Assembly: GCA_051047955.1 (NCBI GenBank)
Contig: JBPGPT010000060.1
Coordinates: forward strand, 1 to 45,564
From: Cystobasidiomycetes sp. EMM_F5
Taxonomy: Eukaryota
DNA: 45,564 bases
Direction of reading: 5' to 3'
The position numbers and the translations under genes were made by a program. The notes below the pieces were generated by a model that saw nothing but the letters and a program-made list of their open reading frames with translations, was not told the DNA's origin and made no database searches. This document shows positions 1-13,130 of the stretch, piece after piece. Each line of letters begins with the position of its first letter. Position 1 is the first letter of the stretch.

Positions 1-20
1 AAAGCCAATTCTGAGGGCCA

Positions 21-379
21 TTAGACTAGATCTTTGCAGTGCAGCACCAGTTCCCTCGGGTTCTCGAAGGGTTTGATATGATCAGTCAAACATTTAGCGT
101 CCACATTCCGGATTGTAAGATTTCGAATGGATGCTGGATGTCTGCCAGCCAATTGGAGGTGCATCGGAGCAATGACGTGTGAGTGACTGCCACTCTCAGC
201 ATCCAACTCGACAGAGTCTGCAGTTGCTGCTCTATGTGCCTCGTTGAATCTAGTGCACACGAAGCGCAGAGGTCTCAGGCGGAACAAGGGTAGGTTTTGC
301 ATAATGATGTGAAACAAATGATCGTTTCCAATGACTCTTGCGCAGGTCCAGTTGGTCGAACTCCTGAATTAAGCGACAT
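21..379 (-). pseudogene. Possible degenerate F-box protein gene fragment
   Basis: Minus frame reads RVIGNDHLFHIIMQNLPLFRLRPLRFVCTRFNEA, resembling a fungal F-box (hydrophobic helix...L..L..VC.+F). The nearest upstream ATG (379) is out of frame with it, and the ORF stops at 21. Confidence 0.3.
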
Positions 380-767
380 AGCGGAGATCGTATCGGGGGA
401 GCTGAGATGATCAAGAAGCTCTATTGTATTGCCAATGATCTGTCAGAAGACATCTGTATGTTGTATAGATGATACCAGAAGAAACGCTACGACCCATGTA
501 ATCATCAATTCTTCTTCGTCGCTCCGAAATTGACGTAAAACATGCCCAGCGCACAGTAGGACCGCGAATGTCAGCCGAATATTAATGCTCAGCCTGCATC
601 AGTATCGCTGCAGTATGAGCGTTGGCATCCAAGCATAAACTGCCAGCCGTCACTCCATTGCAATTGATGATTTCTTGTTGGTTTGCGACCCTTCACACAG
701 CAAAAGGGCTGCCATTTCAAGTCACCCATCAGCGCTCGCCAGCTGTTAGCGCAGCATCTGTCCAGCC

Positions 768-1950
768 ATGGTGCGTGCCCGCTGCGCTGTCGGCTGATGC
801 GTCCATCGGATATTGGGGACTGACGCAGTATTGCTGCAGCTCATACGATGCAGGAGCAAGACGGGGACTGCGAGATACGAGCTGAGAGCTGACGACGACG
901 TGACTGCGCTGGTCGAAAAGGTCGGGCAGAGTGCCGATGATTGTTGAATTGGCAGCTGGCTGACGTTCTACAATCAGATCCTGGCTGATGCACCTCGAGC
1001 TGATCCAGCGACAATAAGCCTGTCGAATCAGCCAAAGGGAGGAGAAACGCTCGTCAGTAATATCCATGGATCGTTGTCCAGTCTGGGAATCAAGTGAGTG
1101 CGAGCTTTGTTGAATGGTAACGACCGCGTCATTGCAGCATAAACTGACAGACTGTTCTGTTCCTTCAGACACGGGGACCTCCTCTTCATCTCGTACCAAA
1201 AGCATTCAGACGCACAAGCTAGCTCGAGCTCGTCAAATGGCATGCAGACAGACTTGCCGTCACAGACAGCCACGCCACTACAGAACGGTACAAAGCATGT
1301 TCAAAGGCCATGGGAAGGCGTGGTCGAAGAGCCTATAGATACCTACTGGGAAGCACACGATGGCCTGATCAAGCGACCCCGCGATAGCAGGATGTGCAGG
1401 CACGGCAAAAAAAAAGCATGTGCGACCACTGCATGCCCCTCGAGCCGTATGACGCAAAGTACCAAGCAGAACACCAAATCAAACACCTTTCATTCCATGC
1501 CTACCTTCGCAAACGAGATATCGGAGTTAACAAGACGACCGCCGCTGCCTCAAATACATTTATACCGCCACTCTCGCAGCCGGACTACAAAGTCAAAGTT
1601 CCCTGTCCATCCGGCTCACATCCCGCTTAGCCAGCCAATTTCTGGAGCAAAGTAGCAGCTTTCAGCAGTGGTCTTAGCTCTGCTGCGGTCCCGACCGGTA
1701 GGCTACATCGAATTCAAATCAGCCGATCTATGGAAAATATGCTGAAGTTTGGCAAATGATTGGCATGCGGTGGTTTGATTGCCTCCTAGGGTGATACGAA
1801 GTATATGATACCGATATCGTAGAAGCGCGCGTCAGGGCACGGAATCTATCCATGAACTACCGCAAGAAGGACATCTCGATGGAGTACGACTTGCTCTGCT
1901 ATGCAAAAGTTGTTGTCAGAGAGACCGGCAAGCGGAAGTGTGCGGTCTTA
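768..1950 (+). pseudogene. NPL4: NPL4 (Cdc48/p97 cofactor) copy: intact 5' exons, frameshifted and decayed 3' part
   Basis: Exons 768-770, 840-920, 978-1093 and 1169-> splice (GT-AG) to MLIRCRSKTGTARYEL...ISLSNQPKGGE...LGIKHGDLLFISY (Npl4 UBX-like N-domain), then [16 protein letters not shown]. After a frameshift in A9 (1407-1415) comes [31 protein letters not shown] (zf-NPL4). TAG at 1628-1630 replaces a conserved Trp. Further indels and stops follow, with the remnant ESIHELPQEGHLDG near 1842-1883. Confidence 0.88.
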
Positions 1951-2256
1951 AGGTGACAATCATTCCTAGACACTATTGGCCTCGTCGAATAAGCCGATAT
2001 GGTGCTTCTAGCCAAGATTGCAACGACCAAGAAGCAGGAGATTACTGATATTCTTCTTAGATCACTCGCGTGGCAGACGCGTACTACCATGCTCACTAGC
2101 GCAGTAGGAGGTGGTACTCAAGGAGAGACAACTTGCCACATGGCACGTTCGTCAAAAACTCTGGGACTGTTGACGGCGATGTACGTACTTTGCCCTTACA
2201 GACGTAAAGCTCGGTTTGACACAAAAGCCATGCCGACCTTTGGCAGAGGCACACAC

Positions 2257-3692
2257 TTAAAGTTCCAGCCATACAAAACATGTCGGACTAGCGAGCCTGC
2301 CTTGATTATCCTTCAAGCTGAGCCTGTCGATGAACTGCAGATGACCGGTGCTCGCATCTCGCTCAAACATGACGACCTCGGCGTTTTCTGCGACAGATCC
2401 CGCGACTAGATATTTGTTATCAGGCGAGAGCGCCAGGTCGCGTATGTGCCAACCGGGATCAGGCGATCTCGCATGTTGGACGACAGCCATACATAAGGGA
2501 TCCTCGATGTTGACAATAGTTATGCAGTCGCCATGTGGATGCTTTGCATCGTTTCTCATTGAAGCGTCTGTGAAGTCGAAATCATAGTTAGCCTAATCTT
2601 CTGTTCTGAGGCAAATTGGGAAACGTGCAGAGGAATCTCCCATCGAGACTGATCTTGATGGCAGATCCGCTGAGAGCCGTATATTGACCTTCAATGCAGC
2701 CATGAACATCAGGCGGAGCGACGTCGACGGACGCGCGATGTGTTAAGCTTATTTCGCGTGTCTTTGGGTTGCGCGACACAGCCCATGCAGCAACTGTGTG
2801 ACAAAGCTCGTACATGCAGTATAGGACGGTGTCTGCGAGGCAATGCATCAGCTTGTCTTAAATGGCACACCATTGGACAAAAGCTACTGTCTGCAGACCA
2901 TGCAAGCTGTCTGGGACCACTTCCAGCGGGCGCATCGTACTTGGCAAGTTCCGTAAGCTCGCTGTTGCTAGAATCAAGCTTGAGTATCCTTATGCAATCT
3001 GCTCCAAGGTCTGCTGCAAATACAAGCTGTGGGTCTGCCGGATATGGAGCGATGCAGTGACTGTGTGCTTCGGCTTGTCGGGATGGTATGGCGTTGGTGG
3101 CGTCCGCGTATGCAATCTTTGTGGTTCGAGACAAGCTTGATGGTGTGCGTGAGAAGTGAAAGCTCGATAGGACGCCTGGCTGGTACTGTAGGTGGAGGAC
3201 ATTGGTACAATTACAGTATGGCGGAGTACTGAATTACATACGCACGTTCGCGACTAGCGCAGTCTGTCCGTCCAAGCTCCAGGAAGAGTAGCATGGGGCA
3301 GCTGCACCGCTATCGACGCTGCACAGGACATCGTTCGGAGTGCCACTCACGTCGAGTCTGATGAGTCTTATTTGACCCTCTCGTCCGGAGGATGGCATGG
3401 TCTCATTGCATACCAGGAGCAAGCTAGGGTCTGACGGGTGTAGAGAGATCCACGCTGGATTCTCGCCAGCTGTGTCAAAGCAGGCAGTCTGTTGAAGTCT
3501 GCCTGTACTTGCTGGATCATCGTTAGGTGTCCACTCGAGCGTGAATATGTGGGTCGACGGGACGGGAATGGATGGATGGAGGGGAAGAAAGGTGCTGCAA
3601 AGACACAGCGATACTGTCAGATGGTCGTGCAGCGTCAGTATCACAGACACGCACTAGGAGGCCGTCCCGACTAGAATGCGATAAGATGGCAT
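2257..3692 (-). CDS. Lactonase-family 7-bladed beta-propeller (6-phosphogluconolactonase / carboxymuconate cycloisomerase-like), multi-exon
   Basis: Spliced start MPSYRILVGTASY. Motifs AGENPAWISLHP, VDSGAAAPCY, RQAEAHSHC, AADLGADCI, APAGSGPRQ, IKISLDGRFL, RDLALSPDNKYLVA and C-terminal SPTCFVW are typical of the family. Confidence 0.85.
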
Positions 3693-3900
3693 ATCGACGC
3701 CGCTCTTTTTTGTGGTAATCAGTGTCAGCCAGTTGGATGATAGTCAGCGCATCAGTTGGTTAGCAGGATACGTTCAACTGGCTCTTTCTCGTTGTTTGAT
3801 GCCGTCGATCAGCTTGACTTTAGTCTTCATATGCAGCACTTTTACAGCTATCCCACAACCCAACTGACTGCTGACAGTGCTGCTATTTGCTGCTGTCAAC

Positions 3901-6900
3901 ATGGGCGTGCCAGCGTGAGTCCCGCCGTATCCGAGCATGGCTGCAACTTGGCTGAAGTCGAGCAAACCTGCAGACTCTTCCGATGGCTGTCGAGGAAATA
4001 TGTGAGCAGGCAAACAGCGAGGGCGGCGATGACTTGAGCGATGGCTATGGCTAGCAACGGCATCGCGGCTGTCCTCGCTGACTCATTGAACTGACAATGG
4101 CTGATATTCTGAATTATATTCGATGACTTGGGCAGCCAAAGATTGTGCTGTGAGTGGTAACATCGAGAGAGTAATCAACGTACATGTCCACTGACGGGCT
4201 ACTCGTCCGCAGCCCGGTCGTCGAGGAGCAGCCAGTAGTGTTTCCGGGTCCAGATGGCAGTCCTACAGAGATTCCAGTCGACATTACAAAGCCAAACCCA
4301 AATGGCCAGGAAGTCGACTGCCTGTATCTTGATATGAATGGTATTGTGCACCCGTGTACGCATCCTGAAGGCAAAACTGCGCCGAAAACAGAAGCCGCAA
4401 TGATGGTCGAAGTCTTCAAGTACACTGAGCGAGTCATAAACATGGCTCGACCGCGTAAAGTGATTCACATGGCTATCGATGGTGTCGCCCCCAGAGCAAA
4501 GATGAATCAGCAGCGATCTCGACGTTTCCGCTCGGCTGAAGAAGCAAAGCAGAAGGCCATCGAACGCGAACAGGCTATAAAGGAGTGGGAGGCCCTCGGC
4601 AAGACCATGTCTGACGAGTACAAGAACGAGCAGGCTTGGGATTCGAATGCCATCACTCCAGGAACGCCATTCATGGACCTCCTAGCTTCGTCGTTGAGGT
4701 ACTGGGTGGCTTACAAGCTAAACACTGACGCCGGCTGGGCTGGAGTGCAGGTCATCATTTCCGATGCCTCGGTGCCGGGTGAAGGAGAACACAAAATTAT
4801 GGACTTTGTACGACGACAACGCAGTCAACCAGGCTACGATCCCAACACTACACACGTCTTTTACGGCCTCGATGCCGATCTCATCATGTTGTCGCTGGCG
4901 ACGCATGAGCCCAACTTTAAGATCCTCCGCGAGGATGTATTCGCACAATCGGCCAAGCGTGGATGCCACAAGTGTGGTCTACCTGGTCATCATAGCAGTA
5001 AATGCCTAGGCATCACTCCCGAGCAAAAGATACAGCAGGAGACCGCTGCAAAGTCGGCATTGAAACCATTCATATTCTTGGATGTATCCGTCTTGCGAGA
5101 ATATCTGCAAATTGAGCTCGACATTCCAGGCCTGCCCTTTGCGTTTGACTTAGAACGTGCCATCGACGACTGGGTCTTTATGATTTTCTTTGTCGGAAAC
5201 GACTTTCTACCGCACTTACCGTCACTCGACATTCGAGAGGGGGCTATCGATATGCTGCTTGAGATTTGGCGACGTCAACTGCCACAGATGGGCGGTTATT
5301 TGACTGACAATGGCCGAGTAGATCTCGAAAAGGCTCAATACATTATGGATGGCCTCGCTGCCCGGGAAGACGACATCTTCAAAAAGCGGAGAGCCGAAGA
5401 AGAGCGTCAAAGTGCAATCGATCAGGAAAAGCGGAGGCGTATTGAAGGTACGCGCGAATACGACAGTCCTCGTAACTTCCAAAATGGACACTATCAGCGT
5501 GAAGAAAATCATCAAGCTGCCATTGAGAACACGCCCAACGTGCGCAATGGCGTAGAGTACGTACCTGTCGTGGTAGCCGCAGCTACCGTCCATCCATCAG
5601 CATCCGGTCCTGCGTCCGCTTCAAACCCACCGCAATACGGAGCGGTCGGTGCTCAACCTCCAAAGCCCAAAAATCCCATGTTTATCTCCTCACGACCAGT
5701 CAATGCACCGATTCGTGGCGGCTTCGTTGGCAAAGCTCAAGGGGCCACAGGCGGGACAAACGGAAGTGTCGGTACGGATACTCTGGCCAATAGGGCAGCG
5801 ATCAGAAAGGCAAATATGTCCGCAGCTGATTTGCTCCGAGCGGAGCTAGCCGGCGCTAAGAAGCCAGCTGCAACTGACAATGGAACGAATGGAGGCGCAG
5901 CGACTTCGTTAACGCACACGCCGCAGACACAAGAAGCTGTAGTCAGTTCTTCTGACGCAGTAGCCAATGATATGGCGGGCAATGGGATTATGACAGAACC
6001 AGACGGTGTACAAGATGCCGTGATCACACAACCGCTCGCGGACGAGGAAGATGTCGAAGAAGATGTTCCAGCTTCCGCAGTCGACGGCACCGGCGTAGCC
6101 GCCCAGTCAGTCCTCTTGTTGGAGGACTCTTCAGGAAATTCCGATTCTGCAGCGGGATCTGCCATGCCTCTCGATGACACATCTGACAGTCCCCGGGGCA
6201 AAAAGCGCTCGGCTGACGATGCTGGACTGCCCGCGACCAAAGCGCTAGCTTTGCTGGACGAGGAGAAGGATCAAAATGGGGAGTCGACGCCTGTAGAGGA
6301 TGACGATGATGACGAAGACGACGATAGTAGCGATGATGCCAACATCACTGGTGTGACAGCATCTCCGAGCAAAAGGGCCGCTCCGAAGCCGTTGAAGATG
6401 CTTGGCGGAAACATGGTTGAGCAGGAAGATACCGTAAAGTAAGTCGACCGACTCAGAGTACTTTGGAATTTACTGACACTCGATAACCTTGTAGACTATG
6501 GGAGCCAGGCTACAAAGAACGTTATTACGACCAAAAGTTTGGTGTTCTAATATCCGACGTTGAGTTTCGACGCTCATGCGCCAAATCATACGTTGAAGGT
6601 CTGTGCTGGGTGCTTGCCTACTACTATCAAGGCTGTCCTTCCTGGACATGGTATTACCCGCATCATTTTGCACCGTTCGCTTCAGACTTTACAGATCTTG
6701 CAACAATGGAGATCAAGTTCGATCTCGGCAAGCCCTTCAGGCCTTTCGAGCAATTAATGGGTGTCTTCCCTGCAGCATCGAGGAAGCACATTCCGGAAGC
6801 CTTCCAAGGACTGATGATTGAGGAGGACTCGGAAATCATAGATTTCTACCCAGCAGAGTTCGACGTAGATATGAATGGCAAGAAGGTACGTTTCCAATCG

Positions 6901-8065
6901 CTTTATACGGACCGTGATCGCAATTAACAATGCTACGTAGATGTTATGGCAAGGTGTCGCCTTGCTTCCCTTCATCGATCAACAGCGCCTATTGGAAGCG
7001 CTTGACAAACGCTACGGTCGCTTGACTGATGACGAAAACAAGCGTAACGCGCCGGGAAATGAAGTCGTCTTCGTCGCTGAGGACAACAGGATGTTTGATC
7101 AAATTACGAGCCTCTACATGAAGCGGAAGGTTGCAGACCCCATGCCCATCGATGCTACATTAAGTCGAGGTGTCAGGGGTGCAATCTTGCCTGATGAGTC
7201 ATGCGTTCCTAATTCCACCTTCGTATCGCCTCTCCCTAGCGAGAATTTGTCGGATATCAAGGATGATCGCTCCATTTCGGCGCTGTACTTCGTCTGTTCA
7301 CAAGCAACGGCCCATCGCAGCTTGATACTGCCTGGCTATCGACCAGTGCGGCGCGTCTTGAATCCCGACGATATCAACAAGATACATCGTGGACTAGGTG
7401 GCGGGGATGATCGCGGCTCGCGAGGTGACGGATGTCACGCACAGCGTCGCGACTTGGAAGGCCCGGGACATGTTCGTCGTGACGCTCGTAGCGTCCAAGA
7501 TCCTCGCCGAGAAGGAGGCGCTTACGTACAGCAGAGCCGACCGCAATGGGAGACTCCTGGTTATAATCGAGATACATACTCGCAAGGCCATCAAGCATAC
7601 CCTGCACCTCATCAGTACTCGCAACCACCGTACAATAATGGCGTTCAGCAGGGCTATGGTACATCATCGCAAAGTCCTGCATACGGTGGGTACGGGGGTC
7701 GCGGCAACGCTGGCAACAATCCAGAATACTCCAACTATGGATACGGCGGGCAGTCGTCACATGGAGGATACTCCAGCAGCAACTCCTATCCTGGTGCCAC
7801 TCAATCTCGTCCGCCTTCGTATGGCTCGTACCAACCTTCCCCTCCGACATATGGGGGCTATGGCAATGCAGCGCCTCCCAATCAGCCTCCCCAGCAATAT
7901 CAATACGGCTACGCGCCTCCCACAACCGCAGATTACGGTTCCTACCGGCCTCCGGCCCCACCGCAGCACTCGTATCCGGGTCAGAGTAATCGAGGTGCTC
8001 CCCTCCCCTCGCATTTACAGCAGCCAGGAGGCTTTAATGGTCAAGCACAGCATCGTCGCTGGTAA
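3901..8065 (+). CDS. XRN2: 5'-3' exoribonuclease 2 (Rat1/Xrn2/Dhp1)
   Basis: Small exons 3901-3914, 3974-4001 and 4136-4149 give [18 protein letters not shown]. Further motifs: [54 protein letters not shown] knuckle [45 protein letters not shown]. Confidence 0.97.
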
Positions 8066-8475
8066 GATAGTGGACATTACAACAGCCTCGCGCAATGTGC
8101 TTCATCGGAAATTCTGCCATCAAGTCCTATCACGTACTCTTGCGCGGCGCCTCATTATTGCGATGCACTCGAGAAAGCGACGTCCTACTTGGAAGATGCG
8201 GCACGGTTCGGTCTCGTGTTGTTCTTCAATGTCGACCTGATCTGGGCACTGTGCCATTTAAAGGATGCAAATGAACATCATCATACAAATCGGAGATCAG
8301 CAGAAAATGTAGGCTAATTGCCGTTGGCATCAGTGGAAGGATACCGGAGCGCAAAATGTCACAAAAGGAGACCATTACTTGTCTCTCGATCGCATGGTGG
8401 CGTCGACGCGGATTACAGAGTCTGCCCCTCGCATTTCTTTCGCTCTTCAGACGGAGAAACCCTCACCCCTCGCCC

Positions 8476-8799
8476 ATGCGCATATTGCAGCTCTCCACGG
8501 CATCGTTGGTTCTAGCCGCATCGACGGTCAGCAGCATGACCCTGAGAGAACGTCAAGACTCCACTTCAGTCGTTTGCAACGTCTGGGGTTGCGATTCATG
8601 CGGTATCTGGTGAGCCGAACCTTTTGAAGTGTCACGAGTAAGCTGATACGGCATTTCGTATAGCACTGTCAACACAGGGAGCGTCTCTGGCTGTTATAAA
8701 AGTATGATGTGCGCTCACCTTAACAAGTGCACCAATGTCGGAAACGCCAACACCTCAGGCTGTACTGGCGATTACCCTATTCCATGCCTGCGGTGTTGA
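8476..8799 (+). CDS. Small secreted Cys-rich peptide, copy A (89 aa precursor, 10 Cys)
   Basis: Exons 8476-8609 and 8664-8799 (phase-2 GT-AG intron in a Cys codon) give MRILQLSTASLVLAASTVSSMTLRER-QDSTSVVCNVWGCDSCGICTVNTGSVSGCYKSMMCAHLNKCTNVGNANTSGCTGDYPIPCLRC*. Signal-like N-terminus; the intron position is shared with the paralogues. Confidence 0.85.
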
Positions 8800-9149
8800 A
8801 TTTAGATCCAGCCGTTTCTGCACTTACGAGAGTGTCAAGCAGTCGATGGACCCAAACCATCGCGTATTGTTGTGCTCGAGGAGATGTGCGCAGACCCGCA
8901 ACCTTTCCGAAGGAGCTTGCTTGCGCAATGTCAGGACAGGACAAGTTAAACATGACTGACGTTACTTACGCGCTCGTTATGCGAGCCGAGGGAATGCTAA
9001 TACTGACATTCGAGCGGTCACCCACCCCCACATTCTTCAATGCCTTAGCCGCTGTGGGCGAATTTACAAAGTTCTGCAATCAGGAAAGCGCTGCTGAGTC
9101 CTGCTGCTAGCGCCGCTGCGCTACCGGCGGTACGCCAGCGATAGGAGGT

Positions 9150-10760
9150 CGGGCAAAGTCGGAAGGCCTTGTGACCATGGGGAACCGCAACGACTCCGCC
9201 AACGGCATCGTTCCGACCAAGTTTGCTAATCTCACTTCAAAGCGACTTGCTCCTCTTTCTTCAGGTCTTTTCAAGGACGCAACTCTTTTCCATCAGATCA
9301 CACTTGCACTCTTAACACACTCAACGCCGTCATCATGCGTATCGCTGTCGCCTCGCTCGTAACCCTCATCACTGCCGTGGTGATGACTAGCGCAATGACT
9401 CTAGCACCGCGACAAGATGCTGACTCACTCGTCTGCGCCACCCTTGGCTGCGATACTTGCAATACCTGGTCAGTCCGCAGTGGCTAGTTTTTACAATTCT
9501 AAAATTTGACGATTGTACGACTTTTGTGCAGCGTGCTCAATACAGGAGGGTCTGATGGCTGCTACAAGAGCACCAATTGTGGGGCAATGAACGGCTGCAC
9601 CAACTTTGGTACCAGCGGTACGTCTGGCTGCTCAGGAGACTACCCAATTCCGTGCATTCAGTGTCACCACGAGGCTGTTCCCAACACTTCCACCATGGTC
9701 GCTTGAGAATGTCATGCGAGTTTGCATCGTACCTCACATGCCATATCATGCTCGTTTTGCTGTCAACACAGGCGGCATCGCTTGTTGTTGTCAGAAGAAT
9801 GTAATGTGCGCACACCTCGACAGATGTAGCAGAGTTCGGAATGAAACACACCGGTCCGCGATAGCGATCACTTTCGATGCCTACACCGTTGACCGGCTTT
9901 ATGCGGGCGTGATTTAAGGCCGACTCCTCTTCGCATTCTGACGTGACTTTTGAAGATTCGCGCTCGTTCGCTAGCCACACTCAGGGACTCATTATGCAGA
10001 AGAGTCAAATCGCTCGAACGACTTGGTCACCACACGATTTCTTCGATTTCTTCTGTAGATACAGCGCATGAGACTGCCTCTTGTACATTTCCCTTTCCGA
10101 GTACCCAGCTCCACTTAAACACTAATGACCAATGAGTCCGCGTTGACCAGCTCACAAGCTGATACTCCGTACCGATGTGAATGCATCTGGCTTGCGGAAG
10201 CTACAGTGCACCAGCCGACGGCACGCTTGCGGCGGCAAGTTGATGGAGTCGGGAGGCCTCGTGACCTTCCAAGAACCGCACCGACTCCGCCGACGGTATT
10301 GTTCCGCACACCTTTGCTAACGTCAGTTGAAAGCGATTTGCGCCTCTTTTCTCAGGTCTTTCCACCATCACAATCCACTACGTTAGTTCACACTTGCACC
10401 ACTACTCCAATTGACACTCTCCGTCATGCGCATTATACTGGCCTTACTCCATTCTCTCGCGACTGCTATTGCCATGACTAGCGCAATGACATTGGCACCG
10501 CGACAAGATGATGGTACCCTCGCCTGCGCTACCCTTGGCTGCGATACTTGCAATACCTGGTATGTGCTGAGCACCTTGTTCTCGATGTCAGGATCTTAAC
10601 GATTGTACAACCTTGTCAGCGTGCTCAATATGGGAGGCCCAGATGGCTGCTACAAGAGCACCAGTTGCGGGGCCATGAACGGCTGCACCAACTTTGGTAC
10701 CAGCGGTACGTCTGGCTGCTCAGGAGACTACCCAATTCCGTGCATTCAGTGTCACCATGA
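9150..10760 (+). repeat. Tandem duplication (about 1.09 kb offset) covering the upstream region and CDS of copies B and C
   Basis: Alignable upstream blocks (e.g. cgactccgccaacggcatcgttccg vs cgactccgccgacggtattgttccg; tttgctaa...aaagcga.ttgc...tcaggtcttt) and an identical 83-nt tract, 9587-9669 = 10675-10757. Confidence 0.85.
9335..9706 (+). CDS. Small secreted Cys-rich peptide, copy B (102 aa precursor, 10 Cys)
   Basis: Exons 9335-9468 and 9532-9706 give MRIAVASLVTLITAVVMTSAMTLAPR-QDADSLVCATLGCDTCNTCVLNTGGSDGCYKSTNCGAMNGCTNFGTSGTSGCSGDYPIPCIQCHHEAVPNTSTMVA*. Confidence 0.87.
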
Positions 10761-10788
10761 GCTTCCCCCTGCCACCACCGATGTGTGA
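10426..10788 (+). CDS. Small secreted Cys-rich peptide, copy C (100 aa precursor, 10 Cys)
   Basis: Exons 10426-10559 and 10620-10788 give MRIILALLHSLATAIAMTSAMTLAPR-QDDGTLACATLGCDTCNTCVLNMGGPDGCYKSTSCGAMNGCTNFGTSGTSGCSGDYPIPCIQCHHELPPATTDV*. Confidence 0.87.
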
Positions 10789-11032
10789 GCATATGGAACG
10801 AGTTCGCACCGTGACTTTCAGCTCGCGCTGCTTCTGTACCGCATTATAATGTTCGTTGTTGTGTCCATCAGCTCTTCGCAGCAGTCTCGTCTTTGTTTTC
10901 TGCATCGCGTCCGCAGACGGATCCTTCGGATATCCCGGATTTCTCCCCCCGGCCGAACGATTTAGGCGAGAGCTACGACGGCGTTGCAGACTCTTAGCTT
11001 TGACGAGCAACAAGTTGCTTTGCAGGAAAACA

Positions 11033-12979
<1,947 letters not shown>

Positions 12980-13130
12980 AAAGTGTCGATGTCAGACGCG
13001 AATATATGAGCCATTGCGCGTTCCAAAAGCAGCGTGCCTGCCCTCTTCTGCCATTGCACCATGCGCAACAGGCCCATCTTTGCCAAGTTGTAACCAGTCT
13101 TGAGGACCTCTCCAGCTGCACGCTATAAAC

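Noticed and set aside
1628..1630. TAG at a conserved Trp in NPL4 as an A-to-I editing or readthrough site
   Set aside because: Downstream frameshifts, further stops and lost conserved residues mean editing one codon could not restore the protein.
1950..2250. ORF 1999-2409 and exon-like fragments between NPL4 and the lactonase
   Set aside because: No recognisable homology or consistent splice model, and the ORF runs antisense into the lactonase 3' end.
7398..8240. 280-aa alternative-frame ORF overlapping the XRN2 tail
   Set aside because: Non-ATG start and no recognisable motifs; explained as a shadow of low-complexity coding sequence.
9652..9670. CXXCH (CIQCH) heme-c-like motif in peptide copies B and C
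   Set aside because: The His is not conserved (copy A ends CLRC*, copy D has CIACY). Fungal heme lyases are mitochondrial, whereas these peptides look secreted.
8476..10788. Cys-rich peptides as hydrophobins, metallothioneins or ferredoxins (CxxCxxC)
   Set aside because: No CC doublets or 8-Cys hydrophobin spacing. A signal and pro-peptide argue against cytosolic metallothionein or Fe-S proteins.
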